64,000 bases of DNA from the NCBI RefSeq assembly GCF_009914755.1, contig NC_060930.1. One strand, written 5' to 3'. The translations under genes were made by a program, and so were the position numbers. The notes below the pieces were generated by a model. The model did no database searches. It was given only the letters and a program-made list of their open reading frames with translations, and was not told where the DNA came from. Below, one piece after another: positions 26,262 to 43,875 of the stretch (its first letter is position 1; the number at the start of each line of letters is the position of its first letter). The stretch is from the human T2T-CHM13v2.0 reference genome, Homo sapiens.

Positions 26262-26419
26262 GTTATCCAAGATCGGCAACAAAGTAGTCATGAAACACCC
26301 TTACAACCAGTCACAGCAAGGCCCTGGAGAATCTCTTTGGTCTACTGAATGCAAGCAGCTGGGGCATCCGCTCCCAGCTGAAACATGCTGAAAGAGGAGT
26401 GGATAAGAGCACAGGTCTC

Positions 26420-27310
26420 AGGGTGGGTGCTGCCACTTCCAAGCTGTAAAACCCTGGACCACAGATTAGTTCACCTCTCTGGGCCTCAGTTTTCCCATCC
26501 GTAAAGTGGGGTGATAATAGCATCTCCTTGCAAAGTTGCTAGAAGTTTGTTTTTTGTTTTTTGTTTTGCTTTTTTTTTTGTTTGTTTTCCTGCCTCAGGT
26601 TTATTTGTACAAATGGCAGAGGAGGACACCAGCCCCATGCAGATGGCAGCCCAGGGGGGTCATACTAGTCCTTCTGTCCTTATGTTGGCGGACAGAGATC
26701 TCTACTCTGAAACCTTTGTAGGGGCCTGGACAGCTTTGGGAGCCTGAGCTAGAACTGAAGCTGGAGCTGCAGCCTGGGCCTTGGTTTGGTCCTTGGCCTT
26801 GGCCTTTGGCTGGCACAGCCTGAGCCCCTTGGCAATGCAGGCACGAGCACGCTTCCCAAGCTTGGGGTGGGCAATGTAGGCAAGTCAATCGAGCTTGCGG
26901 CTGACACCCTTTGGGATCTTGGGCTTAACCTCCTTGGGCTTTCGAGGACCTTGATAGCCTCAGCACGTGCCCTCATGGCCTCGGCATTGTTGGCCTGCAT
27001 CTTTTTTAGGCCCTTCTTGTTGTGCTTCTTGGCAAGGTGCATGCTCCTTAGGAACTTGAGGTCCACCCCATTAAGACATTTGTATCTTTGTGATCGGGGT
27101 TTCCTGATGCCATTTCTGTGCCATTTTGGGGACTGGTTGTGTGTGTTGTGGTTCTTGACGTTGCCATGTCTGCACCTTAAGCCGCAGCTGCTAAAGCACC
27201 TAGAACCGGAAAAAGCTAGAAAGTTTAAATGAACTAATGTATGTAAAGCATTCAGCCTAGGGCCTGGCACATAGAAGGTGCACAACATGGGCTATTAGCA
27301 TTACTACTGT
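26420..27310 (+). mobile_element. MIR split by the RPL29 retrocopy
   Basis: ctctctgggcctcagttttcccatccgtaaagtgggg...; resumes as aaatgaactaatgtatgtaaagca...gcctggcacatag. Confidence 0.75.
26549..27214 (-). pseudogene. RPL29 processed pseudogene (probably RPL29P16, from memory)
   Basis: Intronless copy: pyrimidine-rich 5' end tttttccggttctagg, ATG at 27167, [25 protein letters not shown]...[16 protein letters not shown], stop at 26704-26702, AATAAA, decayed poly(A) 26549-26588, frameshifts, TSD gctaga(a)agttt at 26538-26548 and 27215-27226. Confidence 0.95.
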
Positions 27311-27423
27311 GATCAGGACCACCCCAACCAAGTCATGCGCTCTTTTGGGGGAAGGAACTGCATCTTATTTATCTTTGTCTATTTGAGCATTTGCCATGGG
27401 CTTGGCACACAGTAGGTGCTCCA

Positions 27424-27760
27424 TGTCTTAGATCAGGTTCCCCAGAAGCAGATCCTGAGATGAGGATTCATAGCTAAATGATTTGGGAGTGCTCCCAGGG
27501 AAACTGGAGAGGGACTCGGGGAGCAAGACAAGAAAGTAAGAGGCCAAGAAGGGTGCAGATTCAGGCAAAATTCTGCAGAGGGTGACTTCTGCCTGATCTC
27601 GCAGGGGAACTTGGGAGTGTAAATTACACCTCAGGGTTGTCCTCGCCCCAGGCAAGGGAGCTGGGACCTCACTCTCCTGCACCTCAGTCATTGGCTAAGG
27701 GCCACCATGGAGGGGATAGATTTCCAGGCACTTCCCATCATGCTCCAGTAGCAGAGGGCA
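27424..27760. mobile_element. Old ERVL-family LTR (LTR16-like)
   Basis: tgtcttagatcaggttccccagaagcagatcctgagatgaggattc terminus; family from memory. Confidence 0.5.
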
Positions 27761-28204
27761 GTGCTGAGAGACCACCTAGAAGGGAAGGCACCCAGGGGCC
27801 AGGAGGGTCCATGAAAATGGAAAAGGGCTGGAGGGGACCTGCCACCTTCCATAAATGTCATCCCAGCCTCTGAAAGATCACAGTTCCCCAGGAAGTCCAG
27901 GACAGTGGAGGCAGAGTGGGCAGAGGGGACTGCCAGGCCGTGGGAGCAGCTCTAACTTACGCGTTGGTCAGAGCCGGGAGGTCCTTTGAGTGGCCAGCCT
28001 CCCTACCAGCTGACAGGGGCAGGCCTGGGACTGCCTGAGTTGGTCTTAAGAGCCCCTACTATGTGCCTGGCGTAGATGCTGAGTTCTTCACATGATTTTC
28101 TCATTTAACCCTCACACCACCCCTAGACAGATGACTCTGAGGCATGGAGGCATAGCATAGAGAGGCCTTCCTGTGACCCCCCAAAGAGTGAAGGGCAAAG
28201 ATGA

Positions 28205-29162
<958 letters not shown>

Positions 29163-29211
29163 TGCACAGCATTTTCAATGTACTAAATGCTGCTAAATTA
29201 TACACTTTTTA

Positions 29212-29559
<348 letters not shown>

Positions 29560-30857
29560 TTAAGTTAAAAAAAAATGTGAGTTTTGAACCTCCCCTCCAA
29601 GGGCCTGGGAGCTGCCAACACAGAGTCAGCCACAGTGTTTCCAGATGGACAGAACGAATCAAAAAGATGTCTGCCAGACACTATGCCAACAGGAAGATGG
29701 GACTCAAGTTGTTTTTAAAATTTTTTGTGCCTTGGCCTGCTGGAGAAATAAAAGCTCTGAACTTGAGTTCACATAGGCCTGAATGTAAATGCTGGTTCCA
29801 ACACTGGCTGTGTGACCTTGGGCAAATCACTGAGTCTTTCTGGGCCTCAGTTTTCTCATCTGTAAAATGGAGATAAGCAGCAGCTCTTTGTTAACTCATG
29901 AAAAAGCCCTAAGTGTAGTGCAGGAACACAGTAAGGACCAGCAAGGGTTGGTTTCTTTCCTCCCTCTCCTTTCCCCACACATGTCCTTGACATTTATCCC
30001 AGCCAGATTTCACCTGTACAGACACCCTCCCGGGAGGTTGTACACAGAGCAACACTTGTCGAGGTTCTCTGATGGACCCTGCCCATGGGATGTTTACACT
30101 TTCAAAGAGAAAACGAGTTAATCCACAGGAAGCCTAAGTGATAGAGGGGACTGAAGAATTTCTAAACTAATCCAGGAAATATTCTGGACTAATCCAGGAA
30201 ATATTCAGGCCCTTTCCCTCCAATCATGCCACCAGGCCAGCAACCTGCTTCAACACTATCTCCCTTCACACGCACACGCTCTCCAAACTCCTTACCCAAC
30301 AATTCCCAGGAGCTGGTTTCTGACCTTGTTCTCCCCTGTCCATAGCTCAAAATGTCAGCATAAGAATGCTGTTCGGCCTTTCTAGGGAAGAACTATTCTT
30401 GTTTTCAATTTTTGGTATTAAAATATTCATTTTTTAGGATACAATAGTAGGAAACTAATTTTTTACCTATCCTGTGTCCTTACTTGACAAAATAAGATGC
30501 CACGAACCTTTATGCCAGTTCCCAAAATGACTTTTTGAATTTTTATTGATAAATCCTCAAATCTGAGAGCACAACACTGTGCTCCCTAACCCTAATCTCC
30601 CTCTCCCAGCAGGGAGTGAATCCTGCTTCATTTGCTCAGTGAGCACAAGGAAGGCACGGGCCCTGGGGTCCATCCCTGCCAGGCCACTCCTTCCAGCCCT
30701 CTCTGTCATTCCCACAGCAGCAGACAGGCAACAGCATTCCCTCTTCCCAGCATCGCTGATGCCAGGCTGGGTACCACAACCTCTGCATACCAACGGACTG
30801 GTCCCTACATCCTGATGCCAGAGGAGGTGGGTAACATTGAGCCATCACACTCACTCA

Positions 30858-31201
<344 letters not shown>

Positions 31202-31659
31202 GAAGGGATGGTCTGTGTTCAGAGAGCAATTTTCCTCTGAACCAAATGAAGCTTCATCAGACTGTGTGGACCCCACTCCGCCTGAACAAGTCACAGCCCA
31301 ATCTCCCCACTGAGAGGGGCCTATGAGCATCGCTGTGTCCTCTTGACCTTCTGTAAGTCTCTCGGGTTTGACCAGACCATTCTAGGTATTGTCCTACCAC
31401 GCAGGGTAATGCAAAGGGCGTGGCCAAGGTCCCTAATGCTACAGCCAGTAATATACCCCAAACTCTCCACTCAAAATCCTGTCCTGGGCTGGAAAGCAAA
31501 GTAAGTGGCAGAAACATGAGGCCACCCCTGGACATTCCCACTCTGGGAGATATCAGGCTCAGCTCCACATGTAACCTGCAGCATGTGTTAGAAACCATCA
31601 GGAGATCACCAAGGGCTGCTAAGGGAAAAGGTTGGGGAAGACAATGACAGGCAGGCAGG

Positions 31660-33178
<1,519 letters not shown>

Positions 33179-33216
33179 AAGAAAGTATTTTTACAGACCC
33201 CAAGAATGGGGTGTCC

Positions 33217-33492
<276 letters not shown>

Positions 33493-34349
33493 GAATGCAG
33501 TGTCCCCAGCCCCAGGCCCCGCCCTGCTTCACCCCACCTCCCTCCACAGTTTGGCCTGGGTCCATGGCTGGAGTCCCTTCCTAGCCTATAGCCCCAGGCC
33601 CTGCTGCAGTGACCCCCATCAGCCCAGGGCATTCTGTTCATGCCCCATGACTCTCATGAAGGATGAGAGCAGGGTGCTGGCTTTACAGGAGTTGGGTGAA
33701 CCTCAGATACTGAGAGTGGACAACACTTACACAGCCCTGACCCGGAAAGGGGACCTGTTTTAAGTGCCTTATTTTGACTCACTTCATCCCTACAAGGTAC
33801 GTACTATTACATTCCAAGGAGGGGAAACTGATGCACAGGGGACTTGCCCAAGGGATGTGAACCCTGGCAGTCTGGTGCCAGGGTCTGTCCTCCGTACTCC
33901 ACCTCAAGGTAGTCATTGCTCTCTCTAGACTCTGAGTGTCTCTACCTGCTCTCCTCTCTCCTCTTTGCTTTCACAATGATCCTGCCAGATGCTCTCTTTC
34001 CTGCCAGAAGGGAGGGCTACATGTGAAAATCTGGCATCAGAGTCTCAGCCACTCCCTTCTCAGGAACCACCTGCCTGCCTGCCATAGCAGGCGGTGAAGA
34101 GCCAGCCCTGACATCAGACAGCTCCTGGAGGCAGGCAGGCCTGTCTGAACCCTCCTCCCTGCTGCAACAGAAATGGCTACCAGCCCCACTGGCCAGGCCT
34201 ACAGCAGGCTGTGCCTGGCCCCCACTTGACAGGCAGCACTCACCTCTCACCTCTGCTCTGGGGGCCCAGCTGAGGCAGCACCTGCCCAGGATGTCATGGT
34301 GCCATAGTTGCACCAGCTCCAGGACCAGGGCAGCTGAACGCCCCTTTGC

Positions 34350-34363
34350 CCACTAGATGGCAC
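34350..34363 (+). promoter_or_regulatory. CTCF motif (forward)
   Basis: CCACTAGATGGCAC matches the core CCASYAGRKGGCR. Confidence 0.65.
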
Positions 34364-34542
34364 AATGTGCACAGAAATGTGGGTTGACCGCTTGGCCACC
34401 CTTTCCACCTGCAGAGGAACTGGATTTCACCACACTCTGCATTTATCTCATTTTTATTCTCATTCCTCATCCTAACCCATAGCCAACCATTTGTATGTGT
34501 CCTTGCAAAACAAGTGCATGTATTTTTTAGTTTCACAATTAG

Positions 34543-34544
<2 letters not shown>

Positions 34545-34580
<36 letters not shown>

Positions 34581-34590
34581 CACACACACA
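34545..34590. repeat. (AT)n-(AC)n compound microsatellite
   Basis: Seen directly. Confidence 0.95.
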
Positions 34591-36016
34591 TTATAGATAT
34601 ATTTCTTAATTGTTTTCGCTCAGCACTGTATTTTTAAACCTCATTCATGTTGCTGTGAGCACATTTAGTTTCTGGTGGGCACCTTCCACATTTATTTACC
34701 CACTCTGAGGGCGACAGGCACCCAAGTTCCCTCCAACACCCCAGCAACCCTGCCATGACCGTCCTTGACAGGAACCGTTATGGCTCGGCCTGAAAACCTA
34801 AGAAGCGGAATTGCCAGGTTACAGGGCATGCAGCGACTTCATTTGGCACAGTACTGCCAGCCAGCTCTCAACCCACCCAGTTCTTGGAGGGTTCCTGGGG
34901 AAAAGACGCCCAGCCTCCTAGGACTAGTCAGCCTAGCACCCCTTCCTGTGGGGAGGGGCCCCAATCCTTTCTGCTTGGGCCCAAGGGAGATGGAGAGCCA
35001 GTGGCCTCTGTCAAGAGCGTCTTGCAAAGATAAGACCTTAAGGTCCTACATCTCCCCTGGGCATTTTTTTTTTTAAGTAAAGGGCAATGGCTGGCCTGTT
35101 AAATCCCCCACATCCCTCTCTTCAGGAGCCTTTCTGATTACAAAGCCCATTCTTTTTCTCCCTTCTCCTCCCACAGAACTATCCCAGTTTCCTGCATTTT
35201 CCCATTTCTCTTCCTCTGCCCATCCCTTCCATGTGAACACCCTACACTTACTAGCTATGTGTCTGTGGACAAGTTACTTGGACTCTCCCTCTTTGTCTAT
35301 AATATGGAAATAAGTAATATCATTACTAATAATAGGCACACAGGCATAATCCCTCCCTGGCCTCTGCACACAGCCCTCTCTCTAACTCAATGCTGCCCCA
35401 CTTCCCACATATATTTAAGTAGCTCAAGCCCCTCCTCCCCCAGGAAGTCATCCCTGATTGAACCAGATACAGTCCCAATGTCCTTAATCCAACTGTCACC
35501 TACTAAGAGCTCAAGTGATTATTTTTGGCTGAAATTTGAAATAACAATAATGGCTATGATTGATACGCTGAGCACCTACTATGTGCCAAGAATTCTATGG
35601 CCTACTCCATATCCACACAAGAGCCCTGGAAGGCAGACATTGTCATCCTGACTTCTCAAATGAGGAGGCTGAGACTCAGAGAGTAAGGTGACTTGCCTGA
35701 AGTCACTGGCAGGTAATTGTCAAGGTCAGGACTGGAATACAGGCTTGTCTGATATAAAAGCTCTACCCCACACCACCTCCTTCAGAATCCCTTCCTCTTG
35801 CCCTCATTCCCCCATACACATGGTATGTGCATTGCATTTTAAAATTATTTGTGATTTTAAGTACACAAATAATAGAGGGATATAGTCTCTTTATTAAAAA
35901 ATTAAAGCACTACAGAGCTGTGTCACCTTTGACCAGGAACCTTCTACCTCCCTCCTCCCCAAAGGAACTCCCACTATTAGCACTGTCTTGGGTATCATTC
36001 TTGTGCTTTTTTGCCT

Positions 36017-36328
36017 TTTTTTTTTTTTTTTTTTTGAGACAGGGTATCTTGCTCTGGTGCCCAGGCTGGAGTGCAGGGAATGTAGTGGTGTGATATCACA
36101 GCTCACCACAACCTCTGCCTCCCAGGTTCAGGTGATCTTCATGCTCAGCCTCCCAAGTGGCTGGGATTACAGGTGCACACCACCAGGCCCAGCTAATTTT
36201 TGTATTTTTAGTAGAGACGGGGTTTCACCATGTTGGCCAGGCTGGTCTCGAACTCCTGGTCTCGAGTGACCACCCACCTCAGCCTCCCAAAGTGCTGGGA
36301 TTATAGGTGTGAGCCACTGCACCCAGTC
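36017..36328 (-). mobile_element. Alu
   Basis: Alu match. Confidence 0.92.
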
Positions 36329-36395
36329 CCATAAATTTTTCTGTATTTGTAGGAAATAACGTTGTTAAGTGATTTTACATAAATAATGTGTGTGG

Positions 36396-36684
36396 GGCCG
36401 GGCACAGTGGTTCATGCTTGTAATCCCGGCACTTTGGGAGAACGAGGCGGGTGAATCACTTGAGACCAGGAGTTCGGGACCGGCCTGGTCAACATGGCGA
36501 AAACGCGTCTCTACTAAAAACACAAAAATTATCTGGGCATGGTGGCCTGTGATCCCAGCTATGCAGGAGGTTGAGACACCTTGAACCCGGCGTATGGAGG
36601 CAGAAGTGAGCTGAGATTGCACCACTGCACTCCAGCCTGGGTGACAGAGTGAGACCCTGTCTTAAAAAAAAAAAAAACAAAAAA
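36396..36684 (+). mobile_element. Alu (diverged)
   Basis: Alu match. Confidence 0.9.
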
Positions 36685-37766
36685 CCCACAATAATGTGTG
36701 AGGTATATCACTCTTCAACAGGCTTTTTTCCATTCAACAATATGTCTTGGAGAGCTACATCTATCTATACCTACACCATCCTTTCTTGGAACAGTTGTGT
36801 GCTACTCCATGGCACACATGGACTTTGCTTATTTACCCAGGCCCCTACTGATGGCTATTCAGATTGTTTCCAATTCTATTAAAAACAGGCTGAAACGAGT
36901 ATGTACAGACCTCTCTGGGCACTGTGGTATGTGCTCTGTGCAGGGCATGGACAGTCATCTCTTCTCATCTGTCACATTGTTAGCAAACACCTCTCACAGG
37001 GGTTCTCAACTTGGGAACCACTGGAGGTTTCAGGGGGACCTCAAATCCCTGAAATTGTACCCAGAGTAACCTATGTATGCCTCTGCATATATGCACTATC
37101 TGGGGAAAGGGTCCACAACCCTTAGCAAGTTTCAGGTTTTCGAAGGGCCCATAAAAGCTAAGAAGTACCGACCTGTATTAACTTTCATACCTTTATGTTC
37201 TGGCTCATATACGATGTTATGTGCTCAAAAGGACAAGCTGGGCAACATAAAGCCTCTTCTCCCCCTTGTTCTGCCAACAAGGATTCCATCTAGTGCTGAA
37301 AGAAAGGACCTCTGGAGTCAGACCCAGGCCTAAATCCTGGCTCCATCCATTACTATGCAATTTGGGGCAATTAATTAACAACCAAGCTTCAGTGTCCACA
37401 ACACAAACTGAGGTGAGTAAAACCTGCTTCATAGAGTTGTTGTAAGGAGTAAACAAAATCCCTCGCGCCAAGCATCTAGCAGGCACAGTAGGTACTGCTA
37501 TGCACCTGTGCCCTTGGTTTCCTTAAGTTCTGGCCAAGAGCTTTAGGCAACTGGGACCTTCTCAAGGGCAGGGACAAAGGCTCACCCAGAGTCTGCAACC
37601 CCCTTGAGCTCTGAGCCTAAATCTGTCATGGACAAATTAGGAGTGAATACACTGAGAAGAGTCCTTGTCCAGGCTCTCCAGGTCATACCACAGCAGTGCC
37701 ACTAGGAGGCTGCAGGACAGGCCCTGGGACTGGAGAGACTCTGCAGGAGCAGCTCTGACTAAAATA

Positions 37767-37893
37767 GTGTGTGCATGCAAGTGTGCATGTGTTGTGTGCT
37801 CATATATGTTAAGTGTGTGAATGAGTATGCATGTCTGAGTATGAGCCTGTGTCTGAGTGTGTATGTGTTGGCATGTGTATGTGTGTACACGTG
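37767..37893. repeat. Degenerate (TG)n low-complexity tract
   Basis: Seen directly. Confidence 0.8.
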
Positions 37894-39289
37894 GGTTGGG
37901 AGAGGCAGAAACCAAAGGGAAGACAGGGTTTCCAGAGAGGCAGCAGCAGCCCTGGCTTCTCCCCTTGAGTGTCCAGGCTGCTGGAACAAATATTCCATTA
38001 CCTACTGTGTGTTAAGCACTGCTCCTGTCCTTGAACTCACAGGAAGACAAAAACAAGACAGTTAGGTTCAAGCAATATTTCCAGGTGCCAGCATTGTTCT
38101 AGGCACTGGGGATACAAAAAGACACATTCCTTGCCCTCCACCAAGGTCAGACACGACACACCCCTGGAGTCGGTGGCACTTCAGTGAGTAGAGCCCTGTA
38201 CAGGGCACCCAGGAAGAGCTGTGCTCAAGACCAGAAATCGTGGAGAAAGGCATAGTTGACCCTGTCCTGGGCAGCAAACCCTTTGAGAGGGGCCACATCC
38301 CCTACCCTGCCCTGCAGACTCAGACCCAAAATATCTCCAGCCACCTTCTCTCCTCCCTCACTTGGCCACCAAGCAATGCTGGACAGAACTCTTCTCTGTC
38401 GGGGGAGATCACGGGGCGTAGCGCCCTCAGTACACTGATAACCCTTTCTCCATCCTCACCTTCCCTCTGGCAGCTGGCCCCACCTTTCCCCTCCCACCCT
38501 TCCCCTCACTCCCAGTAGACAACCCCCCTTTCCCAACTAACATACAAGCTTACCTCTCTGAGCACCCAGTCCCCCCACCACGCTCAGGGAATGAGGTGCC
38601 CTTTCACTTGCTCAGATTCTCCTGCTTCCTGCTCTGCTGGGGTCTCCTTCTATCAGTCACCACTGACCCCCACCCCGACTTCCACTCACAAACAACCACC
38701 AACTATGGTGCAGTGGCACTGCAGCGCGGTTAGGCAGCCCAGCGTCACCGTTTCCCAGGCCTGGGACCTTAGACAAGTTACCCCACCTCTCTGAGCTTTG
38801 GTTCCTGTGCCTGTAGCACAGGGCGAAACCCAGTGATGCTGACAGAACCTACCTCATGAGGCCGCTGGGAAGATAAGATTATACTGGGCACATAAAATGC
38901 TTAGGACTGGGCTAGGAAGTGTTTAGTGAATGTGATCACTGCTGCTGTAAGCCCCTGACAGCACCCACAGTATCTGAAGGGCACAAAGCCTCTAGTAGAT
39001 GGTCAGAAATAGAGTCCAGGGATGGCATCAAATAGTTGTTTACTTTCCCCATCAAATCAACCTTCGTCCAAGTCAGATAAGCCCCAGGGGTCCCCCCAGG
39101 GGTCTCCATGCAGAGCCTAGGCTCTCCATCAGGCAGCCTGATCCCAATTCCCTGGGTCTGGGCGTCACCGGACAGCCTTCAGGGTAAAATGCAGATCATA
39201 CTAGTGGGCCTTCTCTTGATGATATTGATCTCTTAGTAACTTACTGTGCCAACATATTCTTACCAAAGACCCCCTCGAAACAAGGGGAG

Positions 39290-39990
39290 AACCACCTGTC
39301 TACAAGAAGAGTTGCTCAGGTGTCTCCCATCCTAAAATCCTTATGTCGACCTCCAGTTACAGCCCATCTCTCTCCTTCCCTTCTCAGCCAAGCTTCTTGC
39401 AGAAGTCACCTGCACTTACCCCTTCTCACCCCACCACAGGCTGCCTGACCCCACTGCTTCACCAGTGATGGCCTGTAGCCACTCCACCTGTCCCTCCACA
39501 GGCCTCACTTCATCTGTTGAGGTTGACCACTTCCTCTTGGAACATCACCTCCCTGGCTTCCAGGACTCCACTTCCCCAGTCCTCCTCCCATCTCCTTGAC
39601 TGTCTTCTTGACTCCCCACCCAGCTTCTTCCTGCCCACCTGCCTCCTAAACATCGGCTTCTCCAGCGCTCCACCCTGGCTTACTGCGCCTCTCTCCCCAG
39701 CCTCTCGTTGGGTGACCTCATGATTAGAAGCACCGTGCATTTCTGAAGCCTCTCAAGTCTCTCTCCCTCTATTCTCACCCCCGACCTTATGTTTGGTGTA
39801 CCGTACTGTCAACAAAACACTTGCAACTAAACAAGCAGAAAAGAATTCCCTCCCTTCTCCTCTCTCCCCTCCTAAGATCCTGAACTCCATAAAGAGCCCC
39901 ATCCATTCCACCAAGTCAGAGCCCTAGAAGGTACCCTCACCTCCATCCACCTCCAAACTTTCACCAGATCCTGCCTATTCCACCTCAGGG
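39290..39990 (+). mobile_element. L2 fragments
   Basis: gttgaccacttcctcttggaa, ctccctggcttccaggactccac, ccattccaccaagtc. Confidence 0.6.
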
Positions 39991-40547
39991 GAAGTTTATC
40001 AATTGAGTAGCCCAACAGGTTTAAGACTGCAGGTGCAGGGAGGCATGGATGCGCTTTATTTCTTGGACATGGCTCAGAGGAGGGGCAGCTCCAGAGCACA
40101 AGGGCAGGGCGAGAGGCAGCACAGGCCAGCAGGAGAGAAAGCCCTGTAGCCCAGATCACACACAGTCTCACCAGACCCCCAGCTGTGCATTGGCTGCTGC
40201 AGGCATCTCCCCTCCCTGCCTCAGCCCAGGCCTCCACCAGTCAGCAGCTGAGCTGGCCCAGCTCCCCTCCACAGGAACAGCCTGCAGCTTGCCCTGTGCT
40301 CACCCCCAACCCCCTACCCCATTCTCCTTCACTATGAAGTTCCTCTGAATACAAAGCCCACCTCTCAATAACCTATCCCAAGATAATTTGATAGTGCTAA
40401 CTTGAATTTCTGAACTCCCTGCCCTGTTTCCCAGCATGGTCCTTTCTCTATGCCAAGCTACTTCTACCTACTAAATAGCTATTTTCCCTCAAATCTTTCT
40501 TAACTCCTGTCCTCCATCCCTGCCTTGCCTTACCAGAGTATTATGTT

Positions 40548-40862
40548 GTTTTGTTTTGTTTTCCTTTTTTTTTTTTTTTTTTTGAGACGAAGTCTTGCTC
40601 TGTCACCCAGGCTGGAGTGCAGTGGCACGATCTCAGCTCACTCAACCTCTGCCTCCCGGGTTTAAGCTATTCTCCTGTCTCAGCCTCCCGAGTAGCCGGG
40701 ATTACAGGTGCATGCCACCATGCCCAGCTAATTTTCGTATTTTTGGTAGAGATAGTTTCGCCACGCTGGCCAGACTGGTCTCAAACTCCTGACCTCAGAT
40801 GATCTACCCGCCTCGGCCTCCCAAAGTGCAGGAATTACAGGCGTGAGCCACCGCGCCTGGCC
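40548..40862 (-). mobile_element. AluS-like element
   Basis: Alu match. Confidence 0.92.
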
Positions 40863-41401
40863 ATCTCTTGAATTTACTGAATTCCCTGCTCCCTTCCTGG
40901 TCCTTCATACCAACCCTTTTAGAGGGGTTCTTTGCACAGCAGCTGAGTGATCTTAATAAATGTCCATCTGGGATGGGGAGCCACTGGCCAGTTAAAGCAG
41001 GGCAGTGACAGGGTTAAAGTCCCAGCACCTAGTGCAACCTATGTAGCCTTCCCTGGCCTGGCCCGTCAGCTACCTCAGCCCCACTGCAACCCTCTAGGTA
41101 CCTCAAACAGCTGGCAGGTCCCGGCACATCCCACCCGGCATCACACCTCTGGTTTTGGCTGGGATGAAAGGGTATTCCCACTTCAGCCTGTCACTTGACT
41201 AACTCTGACTGTCCAGCTTCCAGGCTCTGGGCATCTCCTCAGGAAGCCTTTCTGACCCTCCTGGGTCAGTGTTGCCACAGCACATGGGCTCCTGTCACCT
41301 GCTGCAGGAGGCAGAAACTGCTCATGGATCTGTCTCCCTTCTGAGAGCTTCTCCAGGGCAAGATCCATATTTTGCCCATCTGGGCACACACAGTAAATGT
41401 T

Positions 41402-41705
41402 TGCATCAGTCAGCGTCCAAGCAGGCAACAAGGGGCCACTTGAATTGGGATAATGTGAGGAGAATTTAACAAAGGGACTGTTTACAAAGGTGTGGACCAG
41501 TACAGTGGGTGCTGTAGTGCCCTGACGCCAAGGCCCCAAGAGTGTAGAGCACTGCCTGAGGGGCTGTGACATATGACTGAAGAGTGTGGTCAGCCCTGCA
41601 GGAATGGGAGCCCGCTGATGCAGTCCATACAGGTCAGCCTCCTGGGGCACAGGGCAGGGTGGAAAAGGGTGAGAGGGACCCCGAGGGACAGATTAAGATG
41701 TCCAA
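41402..41705. mobile_element. Old ERVL-family LTR (LTR33-like)
   Basis: tgcatcagtcagcgtccaagcagg...gaggagaatttaacaaagggactgtttacaaaggtgtgg; family from memory. Confidence 0.5.
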
Positions 41706-42874
41706 CCCAGGGCTCAACCAATGTCAATTGAACAGAACTTCACTGATGAGACACCCTGAGCAGGGTTCCACAGACCGACCACTTCTCCAAGGAGAAAACA
41801 ACATTCCAGGCCAAAGATGTGCCAAGGCTCACCTGTGGGGTCAGCATGGCTTATGCCGGTGTAAAGGCAGCAACAGTACCGACAGGGTTGGAGAAGCAAT
41901 GAGCAAAGTCGAGGTCTCCAAGTGGGACAAACCCCCGCCTCCAGGTTGAGAGCACCAAGTGAGCAGAGTTCCTCCGCCAGGCTGCAAGGGACTTCCTTAG
42001 CTTGGGTTTTCCAGATGAGGAACTGGGTCTGGAGGTGAGTGGTGGCCCTTTGTGGGGATGGGGAAGAACCCACACTCTTTCTTCACTTGATAACTCACTC
42101 AGCAAACATTAGGAACCCACTTGGAAATGGGTGTTAACAGCTCCAGGGTGAGCCAAGACCCAGGAAGCCCCCAGTTGGCTAAGTGCAGAGAATGAAGACT
42201 GGCCCATTTCCTTGGCAGAGTAGATGACCAAGCTGTGGAGTGACAGGAAACAGTGGTGTTAAATAAGGCCAGGAGCCAACCTCCAGCAGGAAGCACTGAC
42301 CTCAGCTTGGGCCGGAAGGTGCTGACCTAAGAGGCAACTGGAAGTAACTACAAGTATCCACAATGGTCATCCAACAGATGCTTCCGGAAAACTATTTTAA
42401 TAGCTGAGGGAAGGCACATTACCAAGAAATATTTCCACCACAGGCCAGTGCAGCAGAAAAAGCAGAAGAAATGTGGTCAGGTGGTCCTGACTTCAAATCT
42501 CAGCCTGCCACTTGACTACAAGTCCCTTAACTCTTCTCAGCCTGGGTTTTCTCACACATAAATCAGATACAATAATCACACAGCATCATTGTGAAGACTT
42601 GGAAGAGAATATGCAAAGTGTCCAGCACAAAACTGGCATAAAGCAAGCCCTCAATAAATTGGTTTCTCTTGTCTGTTCCTACTACCATGTGCCACAGACC
42701 AAGGCTGAAAGAGATGTGGTTTCTACCTCGGTGGGCAGCCAGATTGTCGCAAGAAGTTGGCAGCATGCCAAGACCAGGTCAGAGCCCTGGATTGAAATGT
42801 GAAGTTCCAGAAGGAAAAGGAACAGCACTGCTGCTGTAGGAGAATGGACAGGACTTCGTAAAAAACAAAAATGA

Positions 42875-43310
<436 letters not shown>

Positions 43311-43704
43311 CTAAAGTGACCTGAGATGCGAGCCAGTGGCTGAGCCCAAGCTAAAGCTTTGGCCTCAACCCCCCACCCAGAGCACTGCACATGCAATCAT
43401 GTGGACCAGTTCTCCCCACCTCACTCTGTGAGCCAAATGGCCCCAATCCTCCGATGGCCTTGACTGCTGGCCTCAACCCTTCAGTAAACTGCAGCCTTTC
43501 TACATTTTCCAACACCTACTCCAGCTTTAGGGCCCAAATCATGGCAATCAGCAGATAAACAGTGATCAAGTGCATATCTCCATGGATTGCAATGTGGCTT
43601 CATTCCTGTAATTCTACACCACTATTTATGAACCATTGGCTCACTATGACTCCCAGATGCTCTCTGTCCTCCTTATACACAACAGGTCCCACCTAGTCTC
43701 ACCC

Positions 43705-43875
43705 TTAAGACTGTCAACCCTTGGGGCCAGGGAGTTCTTTGTTGTGCGGGCAGTCCTGCACATTGTAGCATGGCCAGCAGCATCCCTGGACTCTACCCAC
43801 TAGATGCTGCCCCCAGTTGTGACAACCAACACTATCTCCAGACATTGCCAAATGTCCCCAGCTGAGAACCACTGC
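43705..43875 (-). mobile_element. MER20 DNA transposon
   Basis: gcagcatccctgg...cactagatg...cagttgtgacaacca...tctccagacattgccaaatgtccc...tgagaaccactg. Confidence 0.75.

Noticed and set aside
26749-27288. 179-aa (-) and 148-aa (+) ORFs as genes
   Set aside because: They are a frameshifted RPL29 pseudogene plus MIR sequence, and its antisense frame.
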